DNA of 64,000 nt, taken from contig CACHBU010000001.1 of NCBI GenBank assembly GCA_902578135.1, positions 33,932 through 97,931 of the forward strand, in the 5' to 3' direction. The translations under genes and the position numbers were made by a program. Shown piece by piece: positions 9,522-20,029 of the stretch (position 1 is the stretch's first letter; each line of letters starts with the position of its first letter). Source of the DNA: an uncultured Candidatus Actinomarina sp. (GTDB taxonomy: Bacteria > Actinomycetota > Acidimicrobiia > Actinomarinales > Actinomarinaceae). The notes under the pieces are model-generated. The model made no database searches and was not told where the DNA came from. It saw only the letters and a list, made by a program, of their open reading frames with translations.

Positions 9522-11823
9522 TTAAAGCTTCTTTGGACTGATTTGGCGATATTTCAATAGTCTCTGAAAAATCAAATCTGTTAAAATTTCTTCTATTTTG
9601 CGGAATAAATATTACTCCATCTGCAAATTTGTTGTTAACGACATAATTTGCTGAGACTTTATACCCATTCTGTTTTAATGTGCATTCACCAGATGATAAA
9701 TTAAGTTTTTCAATTGTTGATTCACTTGCTTCAATAAATTGTTTTGCGCCGAGTAGTGATATGCTGTCTGAGTAACGAATAGTTATATTGTCACCGTAGA
9801 GTTTTTTTCCAACAAAATATTGTGAAGTAATAGTTTCGTTGGGCATAGTTGATATATTGGGTTGGTAATCATTAATAATCCCATCAAAATTACTTGGTTT
9901 ATCTAAATTTTTAAATGATGGACTGTCTTGATTATCAAAATCTTGATAAGCTAACTCATTTAAGCCCTCTAGGCTATCAATATTATTATTGAAATTACAA
10001 AAGTTAGAAAGACCAGAAATAAACTCCCAATCACTCAGGCTTTGACCAGGTGAAGGTACAAGCTTATCAATTCTTGAAGTTCTAAATTCGATATTAGTAA
10101 ACGTTCCTTCTTTCTCTCCTAATGTTGAACTTGTAGGAATAATGTAATTGCCTAATTCAGAGGTTTCATGTAAAAATAAATCTAAACATACAACATTATC
10201 TATATCTTCAATAATTCTATGAATTTCATTTGAGAAAACAGATCTACCTATTGGGTCAGAACCAACAACAAATAGTAAATTCGTATTTTCGGAACTTACA
10301 TTTTTTGTAAAATCTCTCAGATTTTTTACATTATCTAAATTATTAATTGCACCAAAAGTATTACCGCTAGAAAATGCATTCATTATTTTTGAGTTAGAAT
10401 TTTCGACTAAATACGATACTAATTTATCTAAATTCTCATCTAGTTGATAAGGGGTAGATTTTCCTACTATCGCTGTCACATTCTTATCTTTAACGTGCTC
10501 TTTTATACCTTTTAATTTGGATATATCTTTTATTATTTCAAAATTTTCAGAGACAATATCTTCGGAATAATAAAAATCAGCTATGTCTTTTAAAGTTGAG
10601 TTTGAATGTCCAAAAACTATAAGTTTTGCTCCATTTTTAACAGCTTGCCTCACTCGTAAATAAAGCACTGGGAGATTTTCTTTTAAATCCTCAGACCAAA
10701 TTACAATTGCTTCAGAGTTATTTAAATCATTGATTGTTGCTCTGTTTATATCTTTTTCAAAAAATCCAGCATAGAGATAGTCATCATTTAAATAGAAGGT
10801 TTGATTTGTTGTAGGAAAGTTTTTAGCAAACTCATTAAAAGCAACATAATCTTCATTGGTACTATTAGTGCCTATTAAAAAATTTATATTTGTATTTCTA
10901 TCGCTAATTAATTCACTTAATTCTGTGTAGATTTCTTTGACTGACGTTTCCTTAAATTCATTGTCTATTTTTTTTAATGGATTTTTTAACCTAAATTCTG
11001 AATTCAAGTATTCAAAATTGTACCTACCTTTATCACAAAGCCAACCTTGATTTACACTATCGTTATCAACTCCAAGAATTCTCAGCATTTTGTTTTGAGA
11101 TGAATTTAATTCTGTTGAACAACCTACTGGACAGCCATTACATGTTGATCTAACTGATTTTAGATCCCAGGGTCTTGCTTTAAACCTGTATGAAGTTGAC
11201 GTTAATGCACCTACGGGACAGATTTGTACTGTGTTGCCAGAAAAGTAAGATTTAAAAGGTTCGTTGGGAAAAGTATTAACTTCTGTTTTATTGCCTCTTT
11301 GAATAAATTCAATTAATGGATCCCCAGAAATTTCATCAGAAAACCTTGTACATCGAGCACACAGAATACATCTTTCTCTGTCTAAAAGAATAATTTCAGA
11401 AATAGAAATTGGTTTTTCAAAGTGTCTTTTTTCTTCCACAAATCTACTTTCCCCAGGTCCATAAGCCATAGTCTGATCTTGTAAAGGACACTCACCAGCT
11501 TTATCACATATAGGACAATCAAGCGGATGATTGATTAACAAAAATTCTAAAACTCCTTCTTGAGCTTTTTTTACTACTTCAGACTCAGTATCTACAACCA
11601 TTTCATCAGTTACTTCAGTAGTACATGATGGAACTAACATTTTTCCTCTTGGAGTTTCTATTTCCACTAGACACATCCTGCACATTCCAACAGGGTCTAG
11701 TCTTTTATGCCAGCAAAATCTAGGTATATGAATTCCTGAGTCTTCACATGCTTCAATTAATAATTTGTTAGGAGCTGATTCAATTTGATTTCCGTTAACA
11801 TTTATTTTTATATTTTCACTCAT
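9511..11823 (-). CDS. nuoG: NADH-quinone oxidoreductase subunit G
   Basis: IPRFC...GMCRMC, HPLDCPICDKAGEC, CILCARC and CNGCPVGC...WLCDKG Fe-S motifs. Confidence 0.96.
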   Translation of the reverse strand: MSENIKINVNGNQIESAPNKLLIEACEDSGIHIPRFCWHKRLDPVGMCRMCLVEIETPRGKMLVPSCTTEVTDEMVVDTESEVVKKAQEGVLEFLLINHPLDCPICDKAGECPLQDQTMAYGPGESRFVEEKRHFEKPISISEIILLDRERCILCARCTRFSDEISGDPLIEFIQRGNKTEVNTFPNEPFKSYFSGNTVQICPVGALTSTSYRFKARPWDLKSVRSTCNGCPVGCSTELNSSQNKMLRILGVDNDSVNQGWLCDKGRYNFEYLNSEFRLKNPLKKIDNEFKETSVKEIYTELSELISDRNTNINFLIGTNSTNEDYVAFNEFAKNFPTTNQTFYLNDDYLYAGFFEKDINRATINDLNNSEAIVIWSEDLKENLPVLYLRVRQAVKNGAKLIVFGHSNSTLKDIADFYYSEDIVSENFEIIKDISKLKGIKEHVKDKNVTAIVGKSTPYQLDENLDKLVSYLVENSNSKIMNAFSSGNTFGAINNLDNVKNLRDFTKNVSSENTNLLFVVGSDPIGRSVFSNEIHRIIEDIDNVVCLDLFLHETSELGNYIIPTSSTLGEKEGTFTNIEFRTSRIDKLVPSPGQSLSDWEFISGLSNFCNFNNNIDSLEGLNELAYQDFDNQDSPSFKNLDKPSNFDGIINDYQPNISTMPNETITSQYFVGKKLYGDNITIRYSDSISLLGAKQFIEASESTIEKLNLSSGECTLKQNGYKVSANYVVNNKFADGVIFIPQNRRNFNRFDFSETIEISPNQSKEALNVN

Positions 11824-13109
11824 AAAAGAACCTTGGTTGGAATTAAACTCTCAACTTCTTCTCTGAAATCATTCATTAAAGATGTTATAGGTGATACAGC
11901 TGAGGGTCCTAATGGACAAATAGTTGTCATCTTTGGAGGCCAAGAGAGACCGGGTGAAATATTATCACAAACATCTAAAAGTAGTTCGATATCTGATGCT
12001 CGACCTCTACCAGAAGCAACTCTGTCTAATATCATTTCTAACCAAGTAGTTCCTTCTCTACATGGTGTACATTGACCACATGATTCATGAGCAAAAAAAC
12101 TAACAATACTTTTTGCAGCGTTGACTAGATTTGTGTCCTCATCCATCATAACTACTGCCCCAGATCCAAGCATTGAATTATTGTTTGCTACATCATCAAT
12201 TGTCATTTTGATATCAAGTTGATCACCTCTAAACCAAGGAGCAGATGCTCCACCAGGAATATAAGCTTTAACTTTTTTGTTATTTCTTATTCCATTGCCC
12301 AAGGACTCAACAAACTCTCCAAAAGAACTTCCCATTTCAATTTCGTAATTCCCAGGATTGTTTACATGACCTGAGAGGCTGAAAATCCTTGTTCCTGTAG
12401 ATCCTTCAACCCCTAATTTGTTATATTCTTTTCCGGTATTTTCCATAATCCATGGAACAGATGAAATAGTCTCAACATTGTTAACTAAAGTGGGTTTCAT
12501 ATATAGACCTTTTACTGCAGGAAAATAGGGTGGTTTTAGCCTTGGCTCGCCTCGCCTTCCTTCGAGTGAATTAAGTAATGCAGTTTCTTCACCACATATG
12601 TAAGCACCTGCACCCAAATGAACAACTAGATCTAAATTCATTTCAGAGTTAAATATATTTTTTCCCAAATATCCTTTTTGATAAGCTTGATCTACTGCAT
12701 CCTGAACTCTTCTTGCAGATTTTGCATATTCTCCCCTGATGTAAATAAATGCATTTTTAATGTTTGCAGCAAAACAAGTAATGATTATTCCTTCAATTAG
12801 TTGGTGAGGGTCTCTCTCAAGTAAAATTCTATCTTTGAAAGTTCCGGGTTCTGATTCGTCAGCGTTTATTACTAAATACCTATCTTCATTCTCAGCTAAA
12901 AAACCCCACTTAACTCCAGTGGGGAAACCTGCGCCACCTCTACCTCTTATATTTGATGCCTTAATTTCTTCGAGTACGTTTTCAGGTGAACCATTAATTA
13001 AAGTTTTTCTTGCTGTTCCATATCCACCATTTTTTTCATAACTATCGATTAAATGGCTATCTTCAGGATTTTCACGCATGTGTTTGGTTAAAAGAAGAGT
13101 TTCTTTCAC
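11820..13109 (-). CDS. nuoF: NADH-quinone oxidoreductase subunit F
   Basis: GRGGAGFPTG, NADESEPG, GAYICGEETAL and ESCGQCTPCREG motifs. Confidence 0.97.
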   Translation of the reverse strand: MKETLLLTKHMRENPEDSHLIDSYEKNGGYGTARKTLINGSPENVLEEIKASNIRGRGGAGFPTGVKWGFLAENEDRYLVINADESEPGTFKDRILLERDPHQLIEGIIITCFAANIKNAFIYIRGEYAKSARRVQDAVDQAYQKGYLGKNIFNSEMNLDLVVHLGAGAYICGEETALLNSLEGRRGEPRLKPPYFPAVKGLYMKPTLVNNVETISSVPWIMENTGKEYNKLGVEGSTGTRIFSLSGHVNNPGNYEIEMGSSFGEFVESLGNGIRNNKKVKAYIPGGASAPWFRGDQLDIKMTIDDVANNNSMLGSGAVVMMDEDTNLVNAAKSIVSFFAHESCGQCTPCREGTTWLEMILDRVASGRGRASDIELLLDVCDNISPGLSWPPKMTTICPLGPSAVSPITSLMNDFREEVESLIPTKVLL

Positions 13110-13720
13110 TTTTTCTCCTTTGTAGTGTTAAATGTTTGAAATCCTGGCACAGAACCAGTAGTTCCCGATTGGTCTTTAATAGCCCAGTCAAAAGATTTTG
13201 TTCCTCCGAAATTATCTTGCATTTCTTCAGCAATTATCACATCAGGTTGTTCTTCTTTTAGCCACTTGCAGAGTTTTATAGTGTTTTCAGAAGACAGACC
13301 TTCAACAGTTTCATAATTTATTTGCATTGCAGGAGCTCCACCGCATGCTCCAATGCATTCAACTGCTTCAAATGTAAATAAGTCGTTCTCATCAGTTTCG
13401 TTATTGTTTAGCCCTGTAAAGTCTTTAATAACATCAATTATCTCTTTAGAATTGTTTATCTCACAGGAAATAGATTTACAAACACTTAAAAGATATTTTC
13501 CTGTTGGTTCTTGCTTGTACATAGAATAAAAAGTTGACACCGATTTGACCTGAACCTCTGTAATGCCCACCAATTCACTTATTACAGCAACAGAGTCATC
13601 TGAAATATAGCCATCTTTACTTTGTGCAAGGTGTAAAAGTGAACCAATTGCTGATCTTTTTTGAGGATACATTTTTATTATCTTTTTAGCTTGCTTTATC
13701 ATTGAATCATTCCAGCTCAT
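13106..13720 (-). CDS. nuoE: NADH-quinone oxidoreductase subunit E
   Basis: 2Fe-2S motifs CKSISC and CIGAC; position between nuoD and nuoF. Confidence 0.94.
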   Translation of the reverse strand: MSWNDSMIKQAKKIIKMYPQKRSAIGSLLHLAQSKDGYISDDSVAVISELVGITEVQVKSVSTFYSMYKQEPTGKYLLSVCKSISCEINNSKEIIDVIKDFTGLNNNETDENDLFTFEAVECIGACGGAPAMQINYETVEGLSSENTIKLCKWLKEEQPDVIIAEEMQDNFGGTKSFDWAIKDQSGTTGSVPGFQTFNTTKEKK

Positions 13721-15081
13721 CTGTCTACATCTCCAATCACAGGATCTAATGATGCGATAGCAGCAACAGCGTCGGCAATTGGACTATCAGTCATTATTAC
13801 AGGCAAGGCCTGAAGATTACAAAATGAAGGACCTCTGACATGCATTCTGTATGGTTTCGATGAACCGTCAGAAACTATATAACAACCGAGCTCTCCTCTT
13901 GGAGATTCTATAGCAACATATGCATCTCCTTCAGGAACTTTAAATCCCTCAGTGTAAATTTTAAAATGATGAATTAGTGCTTCCATAGACTCATCAAGTC
14001 TTTTTCTAGGCGGAGGTGTAATCTTTTTGTCTTGAATTTTGTATGGACCTTTTGGCATTTTGTTAAGTGCTTGTTCTACAATTTTTAAACTCTCAAAAAT
14101 CTCAAGAACTTTAATTCTCCATCTTGCAAAAACATCTCCTTCATTCAAAACTGGTACTTCAAATTCAAAGTTTTCAATTCCAGAATATGGTTGAGCTTTT
14201 CTCAAATCCCAAGAATGACCACTTGCTCTTAAACTTGGTCCTGTAACACCGTAAGCAAAACATTCTTCTGTTGTGAGAATACCTACGTTTTGTAAACGTC
14301 CTTTCCAAATTGGATTGTCAAGCAGCATATCATCGTAATCTTGAAGTTTTTCAGGAATTATTTTTAAAATTTCTTCGATATCTTTTTGCCAGCCATCAGG
14401 AAGATCTGCTGCTACTCCACCTGGACGAATATAGTTATGGTTCATTCTTAGACCTGTGGTTTTTTCAAAAAAATTAAGAATTAACTCGCGCTCCCTAAAT
14501 CCAAAAATCATCATTGATAAAGCACCTATATCCATTCCACCAGTTGCAAGAGCAACTAAATGTGAAGCTATTCTGTTTAGCTCTGTCATAAGAATCCTTA
14601 TATTTTTTGCTCGATCTGGAACCTCGATTCCTATTAGTTTTTCTGTAGTTAAGGAAAAGGCCAACTCGTTAAATAATGGAGATAAATAATCCATCCTTGT
14701 TGTATTTGTTGGACCTTGAAAATAATTTAACTCTTCTCCAGTTTTCTCCATTCCAGTATGTAAATATCCAATAATTGGCTTAACTCTTCTAACTACTTCT
14801 CCCTCTAGCTCAGCTTGTAATCTCAAAACACCATGAGTTGATGGATGCTGAGGTCCCATATTAACGATCATTCTTTCATCATCAGAAGTGTCTTCATCAA
14901 TTACAAAATCATCGATGACATCTGTCCCAGTTTGAATTCTTATTTGCTTTTCATTTTCTTCTTCAAGCATTTTCTGAGATCCTTCATCAGTGGATGAAAT
15001 GTTCCAGCCACCTTCTTCAGAATTTGTTGCCCAGAAATCAAACTTGTCTTTAAATTTATTTTTTTTAGTTTCTTTCTTCAA
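13717..15081 (-). CDS. nuoD: NADH-quinone oxidoreductase subunit D
   Basis: NMGPQHPSTHGVLRL, GYLHTGMEK and ESPRGELG motifs. Confidence 0.97.
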   Translation of the reverse strand: MKKETKKNKFKDKFDFWATNSEEGGWNISSTDEGSQKMLEEENEKQIRIQTGTDVIDDFVIDEDTSDDERMIVNMGPQHPSTHGVLRLQAELEGEVVRRVKPIIGYLHTGMEKTGEELNYFQGPTNTTRMDYLSPLFNELAFSLTTEKLIGIEVPDRAKNIRILMTELNRIASHLVALATGGMDIGALSMMIFGFRERELILNFFEKTTGLRMNHNYIRPGGVAADLPDGWQKDIEEILKIIPEKLQDYDDMLLDNPIWKGRLQNVGILTTEECFAYGVTGPSLRASGHSWDLRKAQPYSGIENFEFEVPVLNEGDVFARWRIKVLEIFESLKIVEQALNKMPKGPYKIQDKKITPPPRKRLDESMEALIHHFKIYTEGFKVPEGDAYVAIESPRGELGCYIVSDGSSKPYRMHVRGPSFCNLQALPVIMTDSPIADAVAAIASLDPVIGDVDR

Positions 15082-15495
15082 TTACTCAACCTTTGGTGCA
15101 TTTTTAAATTGGACTGGGATTCTGCCAGAACCATAATTTTTTCTTAAAGGATGGCCATTCCAATCATCTGGCATCAAAATTCTTGTTAAATCAGGATGTT
15201 CTAAAAAGTTGATACCAAACATATCAAAAGCTTCTCTTTCATAAAAATTGGCACTTGGGTAAATATCAGTTATTGATGGTATTGATAAATCTTCATCATC
15301 AACAAAAACTTTTAGTGTTTTCCTTTGATTTTTTGTAATAGATAAAAATTGAACAACTACCTCAAATCTTGGTTCTTTTTTTCTAAACCAATCAACTACA
15401 GTTAGATCTACCATCATCTCATAATTTTCTGAATGCAAAGACTCAACTAATTCTTTGTATTCTTCAACAGATGTATTAATTATTTCAGAATTCAT
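15082..15495 (-). CDS. nuoC: NADH-quinone oxidoreductase subunit C
   Basis: [14 protein letters not shown] and WNGHPLRK motifs. Confidence 0.95.
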   Translation of the reverse strand: MNSEIINTSVEEYKELVESLHSENYEMMVDLTVVDWFRKKEPRFEVVVQFLSITKNQRKTLKVFVDDEDLSIPSITDIYPSANFYEREAFDMFGINFLEHPDLTRILMPDDWNGHPLRKNYGSGRIPVQFKNAPKVE

Positions 15496-15953
15496 CGATT
15501 TATTTCACCATCCATGATTTTGTCATGCAAAGTTAGGATTCCATGCATTAAGGACTGGGGTCCAGGAGGGCAACCTGGAACATAAATATCAACTGGTACA
15601 ATATGATCTACTCCCTGAACTAATGCATAATTGTTAAACATTCCACCGGTTGATGAACAGGCACCCATTGCAATAACCCATTTTGGATCAGCCATCTGGT
15701 CATATACTTGTCTTAAAACAGGAGCCATTTTTTGTGAAACTCTTCCCGCAACAATCATTAAATCTGCTTGTCTTGGAGATGCTCTAAAAACTTCCATCCC
15801 ATATCTTGCTAGATCATATTTTGCACTACCAGCTGCCATCATTTCTATTGCACAACATGCAAGACCGAAGGTTACTGGCCACATAGACTGCGTTCGAGAC
15901 CACCTTACAGCTTTATCAATAGTTGTTGTGAGAATGTTGTCAGGTGTATACAT
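15492..15953 (-). CDS. nuoB: NADH-quinone oxidoreductase subunit B
   Basis: [22 protein letters not shown] and [10 protein letters not shown] motifs. Confidence 0.97.
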   Translation of the reverse strand: MYTPDNILTTTIDKAVRWSRTQSMWPVTFGLACCAIEMMAAGSAKYDLARYGMEVFRASPRQADLMIVAGRVSQKMAPVLRQVYDQMADPKWVIAMGACSSTGGMFNNYALVQGVDHIVPVDIYVPGCPPGPQSLMHGILTLHDKIMDGEINR

Positions 15954-16357
15954 TAAGCTGCCTCTTTAGTTAAATCTTGCTTTAGATAACGTTCTCTTCT
16001 TGGAATATTCCAGTCAAGCACTCCTTTTTTCCAGACATAATACAAGGTCTCAAGAACGAAAAAAGTAAAAATAGAAATGGCTAATATTCCATACCAACCA
16101 AGATCATTAAATCTTGTAGCCCAAGCAAATAAAAATATAATTTCAATATCAAAAACAATATATAGCATTGCAACCATATAGAATTTGACCGGAAATCGCT
16201 GCGAAGGTTCTACTTCAGGAAATATACCACATTCATATGGTGCTAGTTTTTCAGGCGTTGCTTTTTTAGGAGACAATAAATACGAAGCACCAAGCGAAGC
16301 TAGTGCAAAACCTACAGCAACAATAAACATTATCAAAATAGGTAACCAATCAGTCAT
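15953..16357 (-). CDS. nuoA: NADH-quinone oxidoreductase subunit A
   Basis: KLAPYECG and [12 protein letters not shown] motifs; SD GGAGGG upstream. Confidence 0.96.
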   Translation of the reverse strand: MTDWLPILIMFIVAVGFALASLGASYLLSPKKATPEKLAPYECGIFPEVEPSQRFPVKFYMVAMLYIVFDIEIIFLFAWATRFNDLGWYGILAISIFTFFVLETLYYVWKKGVLDWNIPRRERYLKQDLTKEAA

Positions 16358-16370
16358 GTTCCCTCCGTAA

Positions 16371-16388
16371 TTGTGAAAATTTTCACAA
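16371..16388. promoter_or_regulatory. Rex operator upstream of nuoA
   Basis: TTGTGAA-AATT-TTCACAA, a perfect 18-bp palindrome identical to the Rex consensus TTGTGAA-N4-TTCACAA. It lies immediately upstream of the nuoA SD, and the rex gene is 1.4 kb away. Confidence 0.93.
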
Positions 16389-16436
16389 GCCTACTCTTTA
16401 TTTTACTATCAATATCAGGTTATTTTTATCTGACTA

Positions 16437-17702
16437 TTAGTTTTTCGAAACCATAAAAAGCAATTTTGAAGGAAGTAAAAATTTATACATAATTTTTACC
16501 ACTTCCCCAAATGTTAAATAAGCTTCATCGAATAGAAGTTCTACTACAAAGTCAATTGTATCCTGGTCGTTTGAAGCAACTTTTAAAAGTCTTTTGGTCA
16601 TAAAAGGGCTTTGGAGTACAAGACGCGCTAGTGCACAACTTAAATAATGCTTTTTAAATCTTTTTGAAAATGCTTTTTCATAAGACCCTATGCCCTTGAT
16701 CAAATCTGGTGAGTCCAAAAGATAATGAGTATTTTTTGCTAAAAGATAACCTGCTTCCATTCCATAAAAAATTCCTTCCCCACTCATTGGATTAATCATT
16801 GAGCTTGCATCCCCAATTAAGGCAACATTTACTTTTTGTGTAATCTTTGGTCTTGATGATGCAAATGGAAGTAGGTATGATTTTTCATCCCTTACATTCT
16901 CAACTACTACTCCTCTTTTTTCTAACTGTTCTATAAAATTTTGAAGTAGCACATTAATGTCTAGTTTTTCCTTTTTAAATATGCTTAATGGCACTCCAAT
17001 TCCGATGTTTAATAAATTACCTTTACTCGGAAACGCCCATGCATAACCTTTTTCAGCTGATACATTAATTTCAAACATTAAAGACCTTTCTTTAAAAATT
17101 TCAAGATAATTCGGACTGTCTATGTAAGCTCTTATCGCTATTGCCTTGTGCCAATCACTGTTTTTATTAACATTTAGTTGTTTTCTTACCCGTGAATTTG
17201 CTCCGTCAGCACCTATTAAAATTTTGGTTCCAAATTTTAAATTGTGATTTTCATTTTTAATTTCTACGACTAATTTTTTATCTATATCCTCTTCGAATGC
17301 AACAAAGCTATAACCTTCAAATACATCTACTTCTAGATCTTTTGCTAAATTTAATATTCTATTGTCAAGATCAATCCTTGGTATTACATAAACTATTGAA
17401 TCTTCTTTATTCTTTACTTCAGGTATGTAATTTTGAATTCCAATGTTATCAGGACCGTAAAGAGTAGTTGATACCACTTGTGGTTCGTTTTCTAAAATAT
17501 GTTCATTATCAAACCTTTTTAAGGCACTAATTACACCCGGACCAATTGCATCACCACATGATTTATCTCTTGGAAATATAGCTTTATCTATAAGACCTAC
17601 TTTTAAAGTAGGATTTAATTTTTTATACGAAATTGCTGCATTTGAGCCAGCAGGACCGGCCCCAATAATCAAAACATCATATAAATCAGTGTATTTTTGC
17701 AT
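16437..17702 (-). CDS. Geranylgeranyl reductase family FAD-dependent oxidoreductase (MenJ-like)
   Basis: GAGPAGS FAD motif, FPRDKSCGD, GYAWAFP and GDASSMINPMSGEGI; located directly upstream of nuoA. Confidence 0.88.
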   Translation of the reverse strand: MQKYTDLYDVLIIGAGPAGSNAAISYKKLNPTLKVGLIDKAIFPRDKSCGDAIGPGVISALKRFDNEHILENEPQVVSTTLYGPDNIGIQNYIPEVKNKEDSIVYVIPRIDLDNRILNLAKDLEVDVFEGYSFVAFEEDIDKKLVVEIKNENHNLKFGTKILIGADGANSRVRKQLNVNKNSDWHKAIAIRAYIDSPNYLEIFKERSLMFEINVSAEKGYAWAFPSKGNLLNIGIGVPLSIFKKEKLDINVLLQNFIEQLEKRGVVVENVRDEKSYLLPFASSRPKITQKVNVALIGDASSMINPMSGEGIFYGMEAGYLLAKNTHYLLDSPDLIKGIGSYEKAFSKRFKKHYLSCALARLVLQSPFMTKRLLKVASNDQDTIDFVVELLFDEAYLTFGEVVKIMYKFLLPSKLLFMVSKN

Positions 17703-17809
17703 TATTTACTAACTTACATTGAAAATTCATTAATAAGAAACTGAATAAACATAATAAATAGTTTGATTTTATTACATATAATTTTCAGATCTAATTAGAT
17801 TGTGCATTA

Positions 17810-18454
17810 GTGAAACAAATTAAAAAAATACCTCCAGCTACGGTAAAGAGATTACCTCTTTATCTTCAATGTCTTGATCAAGTTGACCAGGATGCTATTG
17901 GTATTTCCTCAAAAAAACTCGCAGAATTAGCAAAGGTTAATGATGCTCAAGTTAGAAGAGATCTTTCATATTTAGGCACCCTTGGTACTAGAGGTGTTGG
18001 ATATGATGTATCTACACTTAGAAATCAACTTCAATTAGAACTTGGACTAGTTGAAGGCTGGAGTGCTGTAATTGTTGGAGTTGGAAATTTAGGTTCTGCT
18101 TTAGCTCACTATGGTGGTTTCAAAGACAAAGGTTTTGGGGTTGTTGGCTTATTCGATGATGATCCAAAAAAAATTAATAGTCAAGTTGCAGGATTGGTCG
18201 TCAAACCTTTAAGTGAATTACAAGATTATTGTAATAAATTCAATGTTGCAATTGGAATTATCGCCACCCCTGGGGAATTTGCACAGGCTGTGGCAGATGA
18301 CTTAATAAATTGTGGAGTTAGATCAATACTGAATTTTGCACCTGTTCTCCTAAAAAATGTTAAAGATGTTCAAATTAGATCAGTTGACTTGTCACAAGAA
18401 TTACAAATATTAAGTTATTATCTTGACCGACCAATTTTAAAAGCGGTAGATTAA
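17810..18454 (+). CDS. rex: Redox-sensing transcriptional repressor Rex
   Basis: IPPATVKRLPLY, QVRRDLSYLG..G.RGVGY, Rossmann motif GVGNLG and ILNFAP. Confidence 0.97.
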   Translation: MKQIKKIPPATVKRLPLYLQCLDQVDQDAIGISSKKLAELAKVNDAQVRRDLSYLGTLGTRGVGYDVSTLRNQLQLELGLVEGWSAVIVGVGNLGSALAHYGGFKDKGFGVVGLFDDDPKKINSQVAGLVVKPLSELQDYCNKFNVAIGIIATPGEFAQAVADDLINCGVRSILNFAPVLLKNVKDVQIRSVDLSQELQILSYYLDRPILKAVD

Positions 18455-19740
18455 TCTTCTAACTGATAGTAGAAACCAATTAATCCTCGATATAACAAAC
18501 TTAAATTTAGACCTATCCACAGACTAGACAGTGAGTTGTCTTGGCTTAGTAAATATATACAAGAAAAAAATCCAACCAAAGATGATATAACAGACAAAAT
18601 TGAGAACTGTTTAGATTTGTCTAATCCCAATAATACGCCATCCCATAAAAATGCGAAGCTTCCAATTAGTAAGCTCAATGCAAACAACATTTTAAGTTCA
18701 TTATCAATTATTAAAACAAGAGATGCTTCTGTGATTAAAAGAACTATATTTTCAAGAAATATAAAGGAAATAATAAAGAGAAAGATTGCAATTTTACAAG
18801 TTAGACTGTTGAGATATTTTTTGAGTTCTGAATTTTTGTAAATATTAAATTTTGCTTTATGTTCTGCAACTAAGGTTTGAGCTGCAATAGCTAATGCATC
18901 AACAAAAACATAACCAAAAGACCAGAGTTGTAGTAAAACATGCTGCAAAGCTATTTCTGACATTGACATTAATGAAGCTTGATTTCTTAAATAAGCCATA
19001 AATAGTGTCAAGAACATTGATCTTATAAAAATGAAAAATCCAATACTAAAAAACTTTTTACTAATCTCTTTTTTTTCATGTGACTTAACAATTTTTGATG
19101 TTTGCATTTGAGTGCTAATCAAGATTTTTGTTGAATATATTGAGCTTATTAAAAAAGCTATTGAGCTTGCAATCGCAATACCTTCAACTCCAAAATTTAA
19201 AACTATTCCAAGAAAGTAACTTAATATTACATTTGCTACCCCAACAATTGCTGAGGAATATAAAGTAATTTTTGGATATTTCATCCCCCTTAATACAGCT
19301 GTCGAGTGCATATTTAGTAAATAGAATGGCAAACCAAGGCTTCGTAATATTAAATATGAATTTGCCTTAAAAGAAACAGCTACTGTGGGTTCAAAAAATT
19401 TAATTAACTCAGTAGAAGCAAAAATTAATAAAGTCGCAGATATTAACCCGATAAGTACTGACGACTTTCTACCAAATGTTATTAAATAATTTAATTTATG
19501 TATTTGTTTTGTTGCTTGAAGATTAGAAACGTAAGGTGTTGTGCCATATGCTAAGAAAACAAAAATCCATATAAAGACAAAATATACTGTTTCTCCTATA
19601 CCTACTGCAGATAGAACGTCAATATCTATATAACTTGCAATTTTTGAATCAATTAAACCAACTAATGGTTCAGAAACTAGCCATAAAAAAATGGGATAAG
19701 TATTTAACCAAACTTCTTTTTTTTTAAATTGATTTGTCAT
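18451..19740 (-). CDS. MATE (DinF-like) efflux transporter
   Basis: About 12 TM segments; EPLVGLID, RGMKYPK.TL and DALAIAAQTLVA motifs typical of DinF/MATE proteins. Confidence 0.85.
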   Translation of the reverse strand: MTNQFKKKEVWLNTYPIFLWLVSEPLVGLIDSKIASYIDIDVLSAVGIGETVYFVFIWIFVFLAYGTTPYVSNLQATKQIHKLNYLITFGRKSSVLIGLISATLLIFASTELIKFFEPTVAVSFKANSYLILRSLGLPFYLLNMHSTAVLRGMKYPKITLYSSAIVGVANVILSYFLGIVLNFGVEGIAIASSIAFLISSIYSTKILISTQMQTSKIVKSHEKKEISKKFFSIGFFIFIRSMFLTLFMAYLRNQASLMSMSEIALQHVLLQLWSFGYVFVDALAIAAQTLVAEHKAKFNIYKNSELKKYLNSLTCKIAIFLFIISFIFLENIVLLITEASLVLIIDNELKMLFALSLLIGSFAFLWDGVLLGLDKSKQFSILSVISSLVGFFSCIYLLSQDNSLSSLWIGLNLSLLYRGLIGFYYQLED

Positions 19741-20029
19741 GAAAATACTTAGCTTTTTCTATACCCCATAAAATTAAAGAATTATTAAGTTCGCTTCCTA
19801 ACTCATGTGGAGTAATCTTTAAATCCTCTTTTAATTCATTTTTAATATAATCATTTAATATCTGTGTTGGTGTAAATATTTGCTTATTAAATGGTTTAGA
19901 AAGTTCAATATTTAATATATTCATTAATTCTTCATAAAAATTTTCATTTACTTTTATATGGTTTTTTTCAAAATAAGATTTTAAACCTTTGATTATCTGA
20001 GATACTAATTCAGAAAATTGAAAATTCAT
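19724..20029 (-). CDS. Hypothetical protein (101 aa)
   Basis: Overlaps both neighbours in operon fashion; no recognisable motif. Confidence 0.6.
   Translation of the reverse strand: MNFQFSELVSQIIKGLKSYFEKNHIKVNENFYEELMNILNIELSKPFNKQIFTPTQILNDYIKNELKEDLKITPHELGSELNNSLILWGIEKAKYFHDKSI

Noticed and set aside
17789-17818. Possible Rex autoregulatory site (TTGTGCA-TTAG-TGAAACA) and palindrome ATCTAATTAGAT upstream of rex
   Set aside because: The second half-site matches only about 4 of 7 positions, and the 12-bp AT-rich palindrome is expected by chance.
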